Source of the DNA: an uncultured Craurococcus sp.
GTDB taxonomy: Bacteria; Pseudomonadota; Alphaproteobacteria; Acetobacterales; Acetobacteraceae
Length of the DNA: 64,000 bases
Direction: 5' to 3'
Assembly (NCBI GenBank): GCA_902805545.1
Contig: CADCTD010000040.1
Span: forward strand, 5,026 to 69,025
The notes under the pieces are model-generated. The model had not been told where the DNA came from and did no database searches. It saw nothing but the letters and a program-made list of their open reading frames with translations. The position numbers were made by a program, and so were the translations under genes. Each line of letters starts with the position of its first letter. The first letter of the stretch is position 1. Below, piece by piece: positions 18,084 to 28,015 of the stretch.

Positions 18084-18720
18084 GGCCGCTCTCGCGCAGG
18101 AAGGCGAGCGTCCGCGTGCTTCGGGCCTCGGGCAGGCGGGCGAAGGCGACGAGGTCGGCCGGGTGGTCGATATCCATCCCGATCCCCGGCAGCGGCACGA
18201 TCCGCGGCGCGATGCCCCTGGCACGGGCGGCGGCGAGATGCGGAAAGTAGCTGTCCTCGCCGAAGCGCAGCGGCACCGCCAGCGGCGGCGACAGGACGAC
18301 GGCGTTGGAGCCGAGCTCGTCGTGGGCCGGCGCGATGGTGAAGGCCGGCGCCTCGCCATGCGCCGCCAGCACCGCCTCGATCTCGGCGGGCGTGGCGGCG
18401 GGGACGTCGCCGGGCAAGGTGATGATCCCCTGCGCGCCCTCCCCGGCGAGCAGCCGCGCCGCGGCGGTGACGCTGCCGGTATGCCCGTCCCGCGCCCCCT
18501 CGGTCACCACCCGCGCGCCGCTGCGCCGCGCCAGCGCCGCCGCCCAGGGATCGAGCGTCGCCACCGCCACCCCGGCGAGGCCGCGCGCGGCCGTCAGCGC
18601 CGCAAGCACCTCGCCGATCATCACCTGCATCAGCGCCACGCGCTGCGCCGGCGCCAGCGCGGGCGAGAGGCGCTGCTTCGCCCCCTCCAGCTCCTTCACC
18701 GGCAGCACGGCCCAGATCAT
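18073..18720 (-). CDS. cofC: 2-phospho-L-lactate/PEP guanylyltransferase (CofC/FbiD)
   Basis: MIWAVLPVKELEGAKQRL and ITLPGDVP motifs. ATGA overlap with the cofD stop. The 3' end overlaps the convergent Bug gene by 11 nt. Confidence 0.8.
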   Translation of the reverse strand: MIWAVLPVKELEGAKQRLSPALAPAQRVALMQVMIGEVLAALTAARGLAGVAVATLDPWAAALARRSGARVVTEGARDGHTGSVTAAARLLAGEGAQGIITLPGDVPAATPAEIEAVLAAHGEAPAFTIAPAHDELGSNAVVLSPPLAVPLRFGEDSYFPHLAAARARGIAPRIVPLPGIGMDIDHPADLVAFARLPEARSTRTLAFLRESGLTP

Positions 18721-19625
18721 GTGGCAGCGAGGACCGCGCGTGCGAGGGCGATCTTGTCCTCGAGGCCCCGCATCAGCGTCGGCGCGTAGATGATGGCCGC
18801 CTCGATGCCGGTGGCGTCGTCGCCCGGCTCCATGACGTAGTGCGTCAGCAGCCCGGCATAGCGCGCGGCGACGGCGGCCGCGCTCGGCACGACGCCCGCC
18901 TGCTGGAACATCCGCGCCGTCGGCCCCTTCACCGCCTGGCCGGCGATGATCGGCGAGACCGCGATCACCGGCGCACCGCAGCCCGCGATGGCCTCGCGCA
19001 GCCCGGGCAGCGCCAGGATCGGCTCGATGCTGATGAAGGGGTTGGAGGGGCAGATCACCACCGCGCGCGGCCGATCCCGCAGCGCCGCCATCAGCACGGG
19101 GTTGGGGCGCGCCAGGGCGGCGCCGGCGAACTCGATGGCCCGCACCAGCGGCCGCGTCTGCTCCCGCACGAACCAATACTGGAAGTCGATCCACCCGCCC
19201 TCGCTGAGGATGCGCGTGCGCACCGGATCATCGCTCATCGGCAGGATGCACGGCGCGACGCCAAGCCGCCGCGCGACATCCGCGGTGATGGCGCTCAACG
19301 TCTCGCCCGCGCGCAGCCGCCGCGTGCGTTCCACATGCAGCGCCAGGTCGCGATCGCCGAGGCGGAACCAAGTCTCGCCGCCGATGCTCCCCAGCGCCTC
19401 CATGAAGGCCCAGCTCTCGTCACGCCGCCCCCAGCCGAGCTCCTGGTTGTCGAGCCCGGCCAGCGCATAGGTCAGCGTGTCGACATCCGGCGAGATGCTG
19501 AGCCCGAGATGCTCGAAATCATCCCCCGTATTGGCGACGACCAGCAACTCGTCCGGCGGCAGCAGATGGCTGAGGCCGAGCGCCAGCTTCGCGCCGCCGA
19601 TGCCGCCCGAGAGCGCGACGATCAT
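18717..19625 (-). CDS. cofD: 2-phospho-L-lactate transferase (CofD/FbiA)
   Basis: MIVALSGGIGGAKL N-terminus and ICPSNPFISI motif. ATGA overlap with the cofE stop. Confidence 0.9.
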   Translation of the reverse strand: MIVALSGGIGGAKLALGLSHLLPPDELLVVANTGDDFEHLGLSISPDVDTLTYALAGLDNQELGWGRRDESWAFMEALGSIGGETWFRLGDRDLALHVERTRRLRAGETLSAITADVARRLGVAPCILPMSDDPVRTRILSEGGWIDFQYWFVREQTRPLVRAIEFAGAALARPNPVLMAALRDRPRAVVICPSNPFISIEPILALPGLREAIAGCGAPVIAVSPIIAGQAVKGPTARMFQQAGVVPSAAAVAARYAGLLTHYVMEPGDDATGIEAAIIYAPTLMRGLEDKIALARAVLAAT

Positions 19626-20359
19626 CGGAACAGGTCCTCCGCATCCGGCCGCAGCAGCTCGGCCGCTGGATTCGGCGCGGCGTCCCACTCCAGCCCGCGC
19701 ACCAGCACCACCGGCTGCCCCTCCGCCCCCTGGCCCTGCAGCAGCGAGGCGGCGGCGGCGATCTCATCGGCGAAGCCGCTGATACTGACCTGCAGCCGCC
19801 GCCCGAAGAGGTCCGGCCTGCCCCGCAGATCCCACAGCGCCGGCAGCCCCGCCGCACCGATCGCCACCCCCACCGTGCCACGCCGCCAGGCACGGCCGAA
19901 GCTGTCGGTGATGACGACCGGGCAGCCGAGCCGCGCCGAGAGCGCCGCCGCGCTGCCATCCGGGTCGCGCGGCAGCAGCAGCGCATGCCCCTCCTCGCCG
20001 AGATTGGACTGGTCGATTCCCGCATTCGCCATGACGAAGCCGAGCCTGTGCTGCACGATCAACAGGCCCGGCCGGGCCCGCACCACGCGCCGGCTTTCCG
20101 ACAGCACCAGCTCGACGAAGCGCGCATCCTTCTGCACCCGCTCCGCCAGCGCCCGCGCCTCGGCCGAGGGCGTGACGGAGGCGAGCGCCACGCTCCGCCC
20201 CTCCGCCTTGCTGACGACCTTCTGCGCCAGCACCAGCACATCGCCGCCGTCGAGCGGGAGCCCCGCACGCGTCAGCCCCGCCTCGATCAGCGCGGCGAGG
20301 TCATCGCCCGCCCGCACCATCGGCAGGCCGGGCAGCGCCTGCAATTCCAGCCGCTGCAC
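19622..20359 (-). CDS. cofE: coenzyme F420-0:L-glutamate ligase (CofE), short stand-alone form
   Basis: 245 aa with VLAQKVVSKAEGR, NAGID.SN and ITDSFGRAWR motifs. No C-terminal nitroreductase-like (FbiB) domain. Confidence 0.88.
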   Translation of the reverse strand: MQRLELQALPGLPMVRAGDDLAALIEAGLTRAGLPLDGGDVLVLAQKVVSKAEGRSVALASVTPSAEARALAERVQKDARFVELVLSESRRVVRARPGLLIVQHRLGFVMANAGIDQSNLGEEGHALLLPRDPDGSAAALSARLGCPVVITDSFGRAWRRGTVGVAIGAAGLPALWDLRGRPDLFGRRLQVSISGFADEIAAAASLLQGQGAEGQPVVLVRGLEWDAAPNPAAELLRPDAEDLFR

Positions 20360-20362
20360 GGC

Positions 20363-21367
20363 TCAGCCGAAGCGGCGGCGGAGCAGCGGCAGCACCTGCT
20401 CTCCATAGAGCCGCAGGAAGCGCGCCTGGTCCGGCCCCGGCGCATGGAAGACGAGGTGGTTGAAGCCGAGCGCCACATACTCGCCGATGCGCTCCACATG
20501 CTCCTCGGCGTCATCGGAGACGATCCAGCGGCTGGCCGCGCGCTCGAGCGGCAGGGCATCGGCCAGGCGCTCCATCTCCGCCGGGTCCTCGACCGACATC
20601 TTCTCCTCCGGCGAGAGCGCCAGCGCGGCCCAGTGGCGCGTATCCTCCAGCGCCCGCTGCCTGTCGGTGTCGAAGGAGACCTTCACCTCGATCATGCGGT
20701 CATAGCCCGGCTTCGGCGCCCCCGCCGCTTCCAGCCCCGCGGCGAGGTTCGGCAGCAGCGTCTCGGTATAGAGCTCCCGCTTCTTGCCGCTGGTGCAGAT
20801 GAAGCCGTCGCCCGCGCGGCCGGCATACTTGGCGACGAGGGCGCCGGCGGCGGCGACATAGATCGGCACCATCGTGTCGGGCCGGTCATAGATCGTCGCC
20901 TTCTCGGTGCGGTAGTACTGCCCTTCGAAGCTGACGCGCTCCTCCGACCAGAGCTTCCGCATCAGCTGCACCGCCTCGCGCAGCCGGGCGAAGCGCTCCT
21001 TGAACTCCGGCCAGGGCGCGCCGGTCGAGGGCACCTCGTTCAGCCCCTCCCCCGTGCCGATGCCGAGGATGACGCGGCCGGGATACATGGAGCCCAGCGT
21101 GCCGAAGGCCTGCGCGACGATGGAAGGGTGGTAGCGGAAGGTGGGCGTCAGCACGCTCGTCCCCATCACCAGCCGCTGCGTCCGCGCGCCGAGCGCGCCG
21201 AGCCAGACCAGCGAGTTCGGCGCATGGCCGTCGGTGTGCTTCCAGGGCTGGAAGTGGTCGGAGATGAAGCAGGAATCGAAGCCCACCTCCTCGGCGAGGA
21301 TGCCGAATTCCAGCAGTCTCGCCGGCGCGAATTGTTCCGCCGAGGCCTTGTAGCCGAGCGTCAGCAT
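20363..21367 (-). CDS. LLM-class F420-dependent oxidoreductase, glucose-6-phosphate dehydrogenase (Fgd) family
   Basis: Starts [15 protein letters not shown], with ISDHFQPW and [10 protein letters not shown] motifs. 334 aa. First gene of the cofECD operon, with a 3-nt gap to cofE. Confidence 0.85.
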   Translation of the reverse strand: MLTLGYKASAEQFAPARLLEFGILAEEVGFDSCFISDHFQPWKHTDGHAPNSLVWLGALGARTQRLVMGTSVLTPTFRYHPSIVAQAFGTLGSMYPGRVILGIGTGEGLNEVPSTGAPWPEFKERFARLREAVQLMRKLWSEERVSFEGQYYRTEKATIYDRPDTMVPIYVAAAGALVAKYAGRAGDGFICTSGKKRELYTETLLPNLAAGLEAAGAPKPGYDRMIEVKVSFDTDRQRALEDTRHWAALALSPEEKMSVEDPAEMERLADALPLERAASRWIVSDDAEEHVERIGEYVALGFNHLVFHAPGPDQARFLRLYGEQVLPLLRRRFG

Positions 21368-21540
21368 GGCATCCCCTTCCCGCAGCGGCGCGATGGCGGA
21401 GCCGATCTGCCTCCCGCATCCATGCCCTGCCCTCCTGCCGCCAGGATCGCGCCGCCGGCCCGGCCTGTCCACTGGCTCTGGCCTTTCGCCGCCCGGGCGC
21501 CTAGATCGAGGGTGATACCCCCCATTCCAAGAGACGCGCC

Positions 21541-21568
21541 CGTGGACGCAATAACGTGGACGCAATGA
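21541..21568 (+). repeat. 14-nt tandem direct repeat spanning the prfC start
   Basis: CGTGGACGCAATAA followed by CGTGGACGCAATGA (13/14 identical). The second copy contains the prfC ATG (21565). Confidence 0.9.
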
Positions 21569-23202
21569 CCCCGGCCGAGCTCTCCGCCACGGCACCGAAC
21601 CAGGTTTCGGCCGAAGCGGGGCGCCGGCGCACCTTCGCCATCATCGCCCACCCCGATGCCGGCAAGACCACCCTGACCGAGAAGCTGCTGCTGCGCGGCG
21701 GCGCCATTCAGCTCGCGGGTGCCGTGCGCGCCAAGGGCAATGCCCGCCGCACCCGGTCCGACTGGATGAAGATCGAGCAGGACCGCGGCATTTCCGTTGC
21801 AACCTCGGTGATGACCTTCGAGCGCGGCGGGCTGATCTTCAACCTGCTGGACACGCCGGGCCACGAGGACTTCTCCGAGGACACCTACCGCACCCTGACC
21901 GCCGTCGACGCCGCGGTGATGGTGCTGGACGCGGCCAAGGGCATCGAGGCGCAGACCCGCAAGCTCTTCGAGGTCTGCCGGCTGCGCGACATCCCGATCA
22001 TCACCTTCGTCAACAAGATGGACCGCGAGGCGCGCGACCCCTTCGAGCTGATCGACGAGATCGAGAAGACGCTGGCGCTGGACGCCGCGCCGGTCGCCTG
22101 GCCGGTCGGGCGGGCGGGCGAATTCGCCGGGACCTGGGACATGCTGGCGCGGCATTTTCTCCCCGTCGATGCGGATGACCGGTCGGCCGTGACGCTCTCG
22201 GGTCCTGATGACCCGAAACTCGCTGAGCTGGTCGGGCCGGAGCGGGCGGCGGCGCTGGCGGAGGAGGTCGGGCTGGCCGAGGCCGCCTGCCCGGAATTCG
22301 ACCTGGAGGCCTTTCGCCAGGGCACCCTCACCCCGGTCTTCTTCGGCAGCGCGCTGCGCGACTTCGGCGTCGGCCACCTGCTGGATGGCCTCGCCCGCTA
22401 CGCCCCACCGCCGCAGAGCCGCTCGGCCGACACCCGCCCGGTGGAGCCGGGCGAGCCGGCGCTCACCGGCTTCGTCTTCAAGGTCCAGGCCAACATGGAC
22501 CCGAACCACCGCGACCGCGTCGCCTTCGTCCGGCTCTGCTCCGGCCGGCTGGTGAAGGGGATGCGGCTGAAGCAGGTCCGCACCGGCAAGCAGGTGCCGG
22601 TCAACGCGCCCCTGTTCTTCTTCGCCAAGGACCGGCAGGTGGCGGAGGAAGCCTGGCCCGGCGATGTCGTCGGCGTCGCCAATCACGGCACCTTGCGCAT
22701 CGGCGATACCCTGACCGAGGGCGAGGGCCTCAACTTCCGCGGCGTGCCGAGCTTCGCGCCGGAGATCCTGCGCCACGTCCGGCTCGAGGACCCGATGCTG
22801 GCGAAGAAGCTGAAGACCGCCCTCTCCCAGCTCGCCGAGGAAGGCGTCGTCCAGCTCTTCCGCCCGCTCGACGGCTCCAACCCCGTCGTCGGCGTCGTCG
22901 GCCAGTTGCAGCTCGATGTGCTGCAGAGCCGCCTCAAGGTCGAATATGGCGTCCCGGCCGGCTTCGACGACACGATGTGGCAGATGATGCGCTGGGTGAC
23001 GCCCGCCGACCCTGGCTCGGATCGCGCCGCGCTGGACCGTTTCGCCGCCACCAACCGCCGCGATGCGGGCGAGGACCATGACGGCGCGCTCGTCGCCTTC
23101 TTCGGCTCCGACTGGCGCCGCAAGCGGGCCGAGGAGGAGTGGCCGATGCTTCGCTTCCACGCCGTCCGCGAGCAGCACGGGCTGGAATTGGCGAAGCGTT
23201 AA
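21565..23202 (+). CDS. prfC: peptide chain release factor 3
   Basis: [24 protein letters not shown] and NKMD GTPase motifs, with collinearity to the RF3 N-terminus. Alternative GTG start at 21556. Confidence 0.93.
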   Translation: MTPAELSATAPNQVSAEAGRRRTFAIIAHPDAGKTTLTEKLLLRGGAIQLAGAVRAKGNARRTRSDWMKIEQDRGISVATSVMTFERGGLIFNLLDTPGHEDFSEDTYRTLTAVDAAVMVLDAAKGIEAQTRKLFEVCRLRDIPIITFVNKMDREARDPFELIDEIEKTLALDAAPVAWPVGRAGEFAGTWDMLARHFLPVDADDRSAVTLSGPDDPKLAELVGPERAAALAEEVGLAEAACPEFDLEAFRQGTLTPVFFGSALRDFGVGHLLDGLARYAPPPQSRSADTRPVEPGEPALTGFVFKVQANMDPNHRDRVAFVRLCSGRLVKGMRLKQVRTGKQVPVNAPLFFFAKDRQVAEEAWPGDVVGVANHGTLRIGDTLTEGEGLNFRGVPSFAPEILRHVRLEDPMLAKKLKTALSQLAEEGVVQLFRPLDGSNPVVGVVGQLQLDVLQSRLKVEYGVPAGFDDTMWQMMRWVTPADPGSDRAALDRFAATNRRDAGEDHDGALVAFFGSDWRRKRAEEEWPMLRFHAVREQHGLELAKR

Positions 23203-23272
23203 GATTGATCTCGGACGGTAACCGGCTCGCTCGAATAACCGGCCGGAGCGTCTGCCACCAGCGCAGTCGCGC

Positions 23273-23298
23273 GGAACCCTGAGCGAGGGCCGCGTGTT
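23273..23298 (+). promoter_or_regulatory. possible EcfG-type general-stress promoter (GGAAC-N17-TGTT)
   Basis: GGAAC (23273-77) and TGTT (23295-98) resemble the alphaproteobacterial GGAAC-N16/17-CGTT consensus with one mismatch. Lies about 110 nt upstream of the lipase start. Confidence 0.2.
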
Positions 23299-23406
23299 CT
23301 CTCCCCGAAAGCCGCGCCGGGCATGCCCGGATAAGCCGGCGGGGTCTGCCATCGGCGGGCCCTTCGCCCCCGTCACGGCGGGTGGCCGCAACGCAGGAGA
23401 GACCCA

Positions 23407-24432
23407 GTGACGACAGCGACAGACGCTGCGCTCGCGCAGCTTTCGCTCAACGCCTATTCCAACACGCCGGTCGCGCTGCCGGCCGGCCTCACGCCCGCGG
23501 CCAACCTGCCCGTCGCCCTCGGCGCCGGCGAGAGCTTCGCGGGCGGGCTTTACCAGAGCGACAACTCGGCCGCGCTGGTGAGCGAGGGCGTGGTGAACGG
23601 CCAGGAGAGCCTGGTCATCGCCTTCCGCGGCAGCGACGACCAGCAGGACAGCTTCAACGACCTGCAGAACATCAATGCCGACTATGCCGACTTCACCTCG
23701 CTCTTCCAGGCGGTGGACCAGGCCGCGGCGAGCGGGCGCTATGATCAGGTCGTAGTGACGGGCCATAGCCTCGGCGGCTCGCTCGCGCAGCAATACATGG
23801 CGGCCCATCCCGACCAGGCCGGCGTGACCTTTGACGCCGTCACATTCGGCTCCCCGGGCGCAATCCTGCCGGCGGGCGAGGATGCGCGAATCACCAATTT
23901 CGTCATCGCCGACGATCCGGCCGTCGCGCTCGGCGCGCACCGGGCGGAGATCGGCGAGGTGCTGCGGGCCAACCCGACGCTGGCAAACCTCGCCGCCGAC
24001 AAGGCCGCGGAGGAACTCCCCGGCCTCACCGAGGAGCAGGCGCTGGCCGCCATCAACAGCCTCACGGTGAACTACGAGAACCGCGGCGACATCGTGCTGC
24101 TGCCCGGCAAGAGCGCCGACCTCTCGCCGCAGGCGGCGATCGCCGGCCTCGCCGAGCTCGACACCGCGCAGCACGCGCCGGCGCTCTATGCCAGCAGCAC
24201 CGCGACGGCAGCCGCCTCGCCCGAGCCGGAGCTCATCGTGCCGGAGGTGGGGACGACCGATCCGCAGCTCCTCGCGCTGCGCAGCATCTACGACAGCGAC
24301 GGCGGCGACCCGCAGGTCTTCCGGGCGCTGATCGACAGTTGGCGGCAGGACGTGCAGGCGGAGGCGAACGACGTCTTCACCGGCATCCGCGACGACCTCG
24401 CCGCGATCGGGCAGGACCTGAACCTGATCTAA
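23407..24432 (+). CDS. class 3 lipase family protein (no signal peptide seen)
   Basis: GTG start preceded by GGAGAG. Contains VVTGHSLGGSLAQ (GxSxG) and FRGSDD motifs, plus a C-terminal Ala-rich extension of about 150 aa. Confidence 0.8.
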   Translation: MTTATDAALAQLSLNAYSNTPVALPAGLTPAANLPVALGAGESFAGGLYQSDNSAALVSEGVVNGQESLVIAFRGSDDQQDSFNDLQNINADYADFTSLFQAVDQAAASGRYDQVVVTGHSLGGSLAQQYMAAHPDQAGVTFDAVTFGSPGAILPAGEDARITNFVIADDPAVALGAHRAEIGEVLRANPTLANLAADKAAEELPGLTEEQALAAINSLTVNYENRGDIVLLPGKSADLSPQAAIAGLAELDTAQHAPALYASSTATAAASPEPELIVPEVGTTDPQLLALRSIYDSDGGDPQVFRALIDSWRQDVQAEANDVFTGIRDDLAAIGQDLNLI

Positions 24433-24627
24433 TGTACTGCCCGCGAAGTTCGTCGGTTTACTCACGAGCTTCGCGGACAAGAGGCCACTGGGCCCGCTCC
24501 GGCAGCCGCAGGGCCTCCTGCAGCCACGCCGCCGTCGGCTGTCCACCGGCCGACGGATCGATATCCGGCTCGGGATGCCGCAGGACGGCGGCACCGGCGA
24601 GGTGCGGATACGGCGCCGCCCCCGCCG

Positions 24628-25917
24628 CTACCCCGCGAAGGGGTCGCGCAGCGTGATCGTGTCGTCGCGGTCCGGGCTGGTGCTGAGCAGCACCACCGGC
24701 GCCTCCACCAGTTCCTCGATGCGGCGGACATACTTCACCGCCGCGGCCGGCAGGTCGGCATAGGAGCGGGCGCCGCGGGTGGAGCTGGTCCAGCCCTCCA
24801 GCACCTCGTAGACCGGCCGCGCCGCGGCCTGCGCCCCGGCGGCGGCGGGCATGCGGCGGTAATGCTCGCCGCCGATCGTGTAGCCGGTGCAGATCCTCAG
24901 CTCCGCCAGCCCGTCGAGCACGTCGAGCTTGGTGAGCGCGATCCCCTGGATGCCGCCGGTCTTCACCGCCTGGCGCACCAGGCAGGCATCGAACCAGCCG
25001 CAGCGGCGGGGACGGCCCGTCACCGTGCCGAACTCCCGCCCGCGCTCACCGAGGCCCCGGCCGATCTCGTCATGCAATTCGGTCGGGAACGGGCCGCTGC
25101 CGACGCGCGTCGTGTAGGCCTTGGCGATGCCGAGGACCATGCCGATGACGTCCGGCCCGACCCCGGCCCCCGCCGCGGCATTGCCGGCGACGGTGTTGCT
25201 GCTGGTCACATAGGGGTAGGTGCCGTGGTCGACATCGAGCATCACCGCCTGCGCGCCCTCGAAGAGCACGCGCTGGCCGCGATGCCGCGCGTCGTCCAGC
25301 CGCTCCCACACCGGCTCGGCGAAGGGCAGCAGCCGCGGCGCCAGCGCCAGCAGCCCATCCAGCAGCGCCTGCTTCTCGAAGGCCTGGGCGCCGAGGCCAC
25401 GCAGCAGGCTGTTGTGGTGCAGCAGCAGCTCGTCGAGCTTGGCCGAGAGCGTCGCCGGCTCGGCGAGGTCGCAAAGGCGGATGGAGCGGCGGCCGACCTT
25501 GTCCTCATAGGCCGGGCCGATGCCGCGCCCGGTGGTGCCGATCTTGTCCTCGCCCCGCGCCGCCTCGCGCGCCTTGTCGAGCGCCGGGTGCAGCGGGAGG
25601 ATCAGCGGCGTGTTCTCGGCGATGCGGAGGTTCTCCGGCGTCACCGACAGCCCCTGCGCCGTGACCCTGTCGATCTCCGAGAGCAGCGCGTCCGGGTCGA
25701 GCACCACGCCGTTGCCGATGATGCCGAGCTTGCCGCGCACCACGCCCGAGGGCAGCAGCGAGAGCTTGTAGACCTGCTCGCCGATGACGAGGGTGTGCCC
25801 CGCATTGTGGCCGCCCTGGAAGCGCACGACGATGTCGGCCCGGCTCGCCAGCCAGTCCACCACCTTGCCCTTGCCCTCGTCGCCCCATTGGGCGCCGATC
25901 ACCGCGACATTGGCCAT
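24628..25917 (-). CDS. purA: adenylosuccinate synthase
   Basis: [19 protein letters not shown]-terminus, with GHNAGHT and GTTGRGIGP motifs. The ATG overlaps the hisZ stop (TGATG). Confidence 0.95.
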   Translation of the reverse strand: MANVAVIGAQWGDEGKGKVVDWLASRADIVVRFQGGHNAGHTLVIGEQVYKLSLLPSGVVRGKLGIIGNGVVLDPDALLSEIDRVTAQGLSVTPENLRIAENTPLILPLHPALDKAREAARGEDKIGTTGRGIGPAYEDKVGRRSIRLCDLAEPATLSAKLDELLLHHNSLLRGLGAQAFEKQALLDGLLALAPRLLPFAEPVWERLDDARHRGQRVLFEGAQAVMLDVDHGTYPYVTSSNTVAGNAAAGAGVGPDVIGMVLGIAKAYTTRVGSGPFPTELHDEIGRGLGERGREFGTVTGRPRRCGWFDACLVRQAVKTGGIQGIALTKLDVLDGLAELRICTGYTIGGEHYRRMPAAAGAQAAARPVYEVLEGWTSSTRGARSYADLPAAAVKYVRRIEELVEAPVVLLSTSPDRDDTITLRDPFAG

Positions 25918-27083
25918 CACACATCGTCCTTGCTGAAAGGCATGGCGCTGAGGGGGCGGGCTTCGCCGTCGCGCAGGATATGCGTGCAGCGCAGCGCGGC
26001 GGGGCTGTCGCCGGGGCCGAGCGCGGCCACCGTGGCGAAGCCATGGCCCCTGAGGGCCGCAGCGGCGGCGGACGGGGTGCCGAGCGGCAGGAAGACGCGC
26101 GGCCGCGGCGCCACCGGGCCGGCGGCGCGCAGCACGGCATCCGGGTAGAGGCTCATCCCCGTCGCCGGCTCGTCATTGGCCGAGACGTAGCGGCCGCCGC
26201 GCGCCAGCTCGCCGGTCGCACCCGGCCCGTAGAGGGTGAAGGCGACGCCCACATGGTAGCGGAAGCCGCGGAACTCCACCGGGTCGAGGGTGATGCGCAG
26301 CCCTGGCTCCCGCACCCGGATGGCGGCGATGACAGCCGCTGCGTTGTCGGCGATGGCGCGCGCCGCCGGCGGCAGGTCGGCGGCGGCCAGCGCGGCCAGC
26401 GCCCCGGCGGCCGGCCCGGCGGCGGCCAGCAGCACCGGCAGCGCGGCAGCGAGCGGCCCGGCCTGCTCGGCAAGCGTGGTCGCCGCCGCGGCATCCTTGC
26501 GGTCCAGCGCCCGGGCCAGGCGCTGGCTGAGCGCCGGGGGCACGCCCGCCGCCTCCAGCAGGGCCGGCGCCATGGTGGGCAGGGTGATGTCGAGCGAGAC
26601 GGCCGCGACGCCGGCCCGCGCCAGCGCCTCGGCCGCGACCAGGGCGACTTCCGCATCCGCCTCCGCCGCATCGCTGCCGATCAGCTCGATCCCCGTCTGC
26701 GGCAGCTGCCGCTCCGGCGCGAGCTGGGTGCCCCGCACGCGGAGCACCTGCCCGGCATAGCAGAGCCTGAGCGGCCTGGCCTGCAAGCCGAGCCGCGTCG
26801 CGGCGATGCGGGCGACCTGCGGCGTGGTGTCGGCGCGCAGCCCCATCATCCGCTGGCTCACCGGGTCCATCAGCCGGAAGGTCTGCTCGGCGACCGCGGC
26901 GCCGGATCCGGCCAGCAGGCTGTCCTCGAATTCCAGCAGCGGCGGCTTCACCCGCTCGTAGCCATGCCCGGCGAAGGCCGCCATCAGCGTCTCGACCAGC
27001 GCCGCCTCCCGCTCCGCCTCGGGGGGCAGCAGGTCCATCAGCCCGGCGGGCAGGAGGGCGGGGTTGGGCAGGTCGTCGGTCAT
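25917..27083 (-). CDS. hisZ: ATP phosphoribosyltransferase regulatory subunit
   Basis: Class II aaRS-like: [21 protein letters not shown] and [14 protein letters not shown]. Confidence 0.85.
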   Translation of the reverse strand: MTDDLPNPALLPAGLMDLLPPEAEREAALVETLMAAFAGHGYERVKPPLLEFEDSLLAGSGAAVAEQTFRLMDPVSQRMMGLRADTTPQVARIAATRLGLQARPLRLCYAGQVLRVRGTQLAPERQLPQTGIELIGSDAAEADAEVALVAAEALARAGVAAVSLDITLPTMAPALLEAAGVPPALSQRLARALDRKDAAAATTLAEQAGPLAAALPVLLAAAGPAAGALAALAAADLPPAARAIADNAAAVIAAIRVREPGLRITLDPVEFRGFRYHVGVAFTLYGPGATGELARGGRYVSANDEPATGMSLYPDAVLRAAGPVAPRPRVFLPLGTPSAAAAALRGHGFATVAALGPGDSPAALRCTHILRDGEARPLSAMPFSKDDV

Positions 27084-27137
27084 GCGGGCGCGGGTGTGGC
27101 AGGGGGCCGGTGGGGATGCAAGGGCTCACGCCCCCGT

Positions 27138-27530
27138 TCATTCGTCGAGCGGGTAGTCGGCGAGTTCCGGCCGCATGGCCTCGATGACGAAATCGACGAA
27201 GGCCTCCGGGGCATCGAGGTAGAATTCGCGATCGGAGTAAGCCCCGACCCGCGCCTCCACCCCCTGCCCCGCCAGCCAGGCGGCCAGTGCCTCCAGCTCC
27301 TCCCGCGGCGTCTCGCTGAGGAAGGAGACCTGGGAGCGAAGCTTGTCCGCATCCCGCCCCGCCGTATCGCTCCGGCTGAATTGCAGGTCCACATTGGCCC
27401 CGTCCTGGCGGAGCCAGATGGCGCGCTCCGTCCGCCGCAGCACGGCGAAGCCGAGCCGCGTGGTGAAGAGCGCGACCACCGCCTCGAAATGCGCGGGGTT
27501 CAGCCGGTTGGCGACATGGTTGAAGCGCAT
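27138..27530 (-). CDS. VOC (glyoxalase-fold)-like protein
   Basis: 130 aa, MRFNHVANRLNPAHFEAVVALFTTRLGF. The fold assignment is tentative. Confidence 0.6.
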   Translation of the reverse strand: MRFNHVANRLNPAHFEAVVALFTTRLGFAVLRRTERAIWLRQDGANVDLQFSRSDTAGRDADKLRSQVSFLSETPREELEALAAWLAGQGVEARVGAYSDREFYLDAPEAFVDFVIEAMRPELADYPLDE

Positions 27531-28015
27531 GCGACGGGCTCCCCAGGGCTCCTCCCCGCATAGGAGCGCTGAAGCGCCGCCAGGTCGAGCCGCCCCATGG
27601 CCATCAGCGCCCCCATCACCCGCCCCGCGCGCTCCCGGTCCGGGTCGCGCAGCATGGCGCCGAGTTCCTCCGGCACGACCTGCCAGCAGAGGCCGAAGCG
27701 GTCCGTCAACCAGCCGCAGCGTTCGGCCGCCGGGTCGGCCGAGAGCCGGTCCCAGATCGCATCCAGCTCCGCCTGCCCGGCGACGGTGACGAAGACCGAG
27801 AGCGCCGGGGTGAAGCGGAAGTGCGGCCCGCCATTGAGCGCGACGAATTCCTGCCCCGCGAGGCGGAAGGTCACGCTCAGCACGCGGCCATCGCCGAAGC
27901 GCATGGTCTCGCCGAGGCTGGCCTCCTGCCCGGCCTCGCGGAAGGCGGCGACGTAGAACGCCGCCGCCTCAGCTGCCTGGCCGTCGAACCAGAGGCAGAG
28001 CGCGATGCCGGCCAT
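27500..28015 (-). CDS. VOC family protein (PhnB/YjdN-like, 3-demethylubiquinone-9 3-methyltransferase-domain type)
   Basis: MAGIALCLWFDGQAAEAAAFY and CGWLTDRFGLCWQVVP motifs. The start overlaps the upstream VOC stop (TGATG). Confidence 0.75.
   Translation of the reverse strand: MAGIALCLWFDGQAAEAAAFYVAAFREAGQEASLGETMRFGDGRVLSVTFRLAGQEFVALNGGPHFRFTPALSVFVTVAGQAELDAIWDRLSADPAAERCGWLTDRFGLCWQVVPEELGAMLRDPDRERAGRVMGALMAMGRLDLAALQRSYAGRSPGEPVACASTMSPTG

Noticed and set aside
21361-24594. 1077-aa minus-strand ORF spanning prfC, an intergenic region and the lipase gene
   Set aside because: It is antisense to two genes with clear family motifs and runs through non-coding DNA. The sequence is low-complexity and R/G/A/D/E-rich with no recognisable domain, so it is a shadow ORF.
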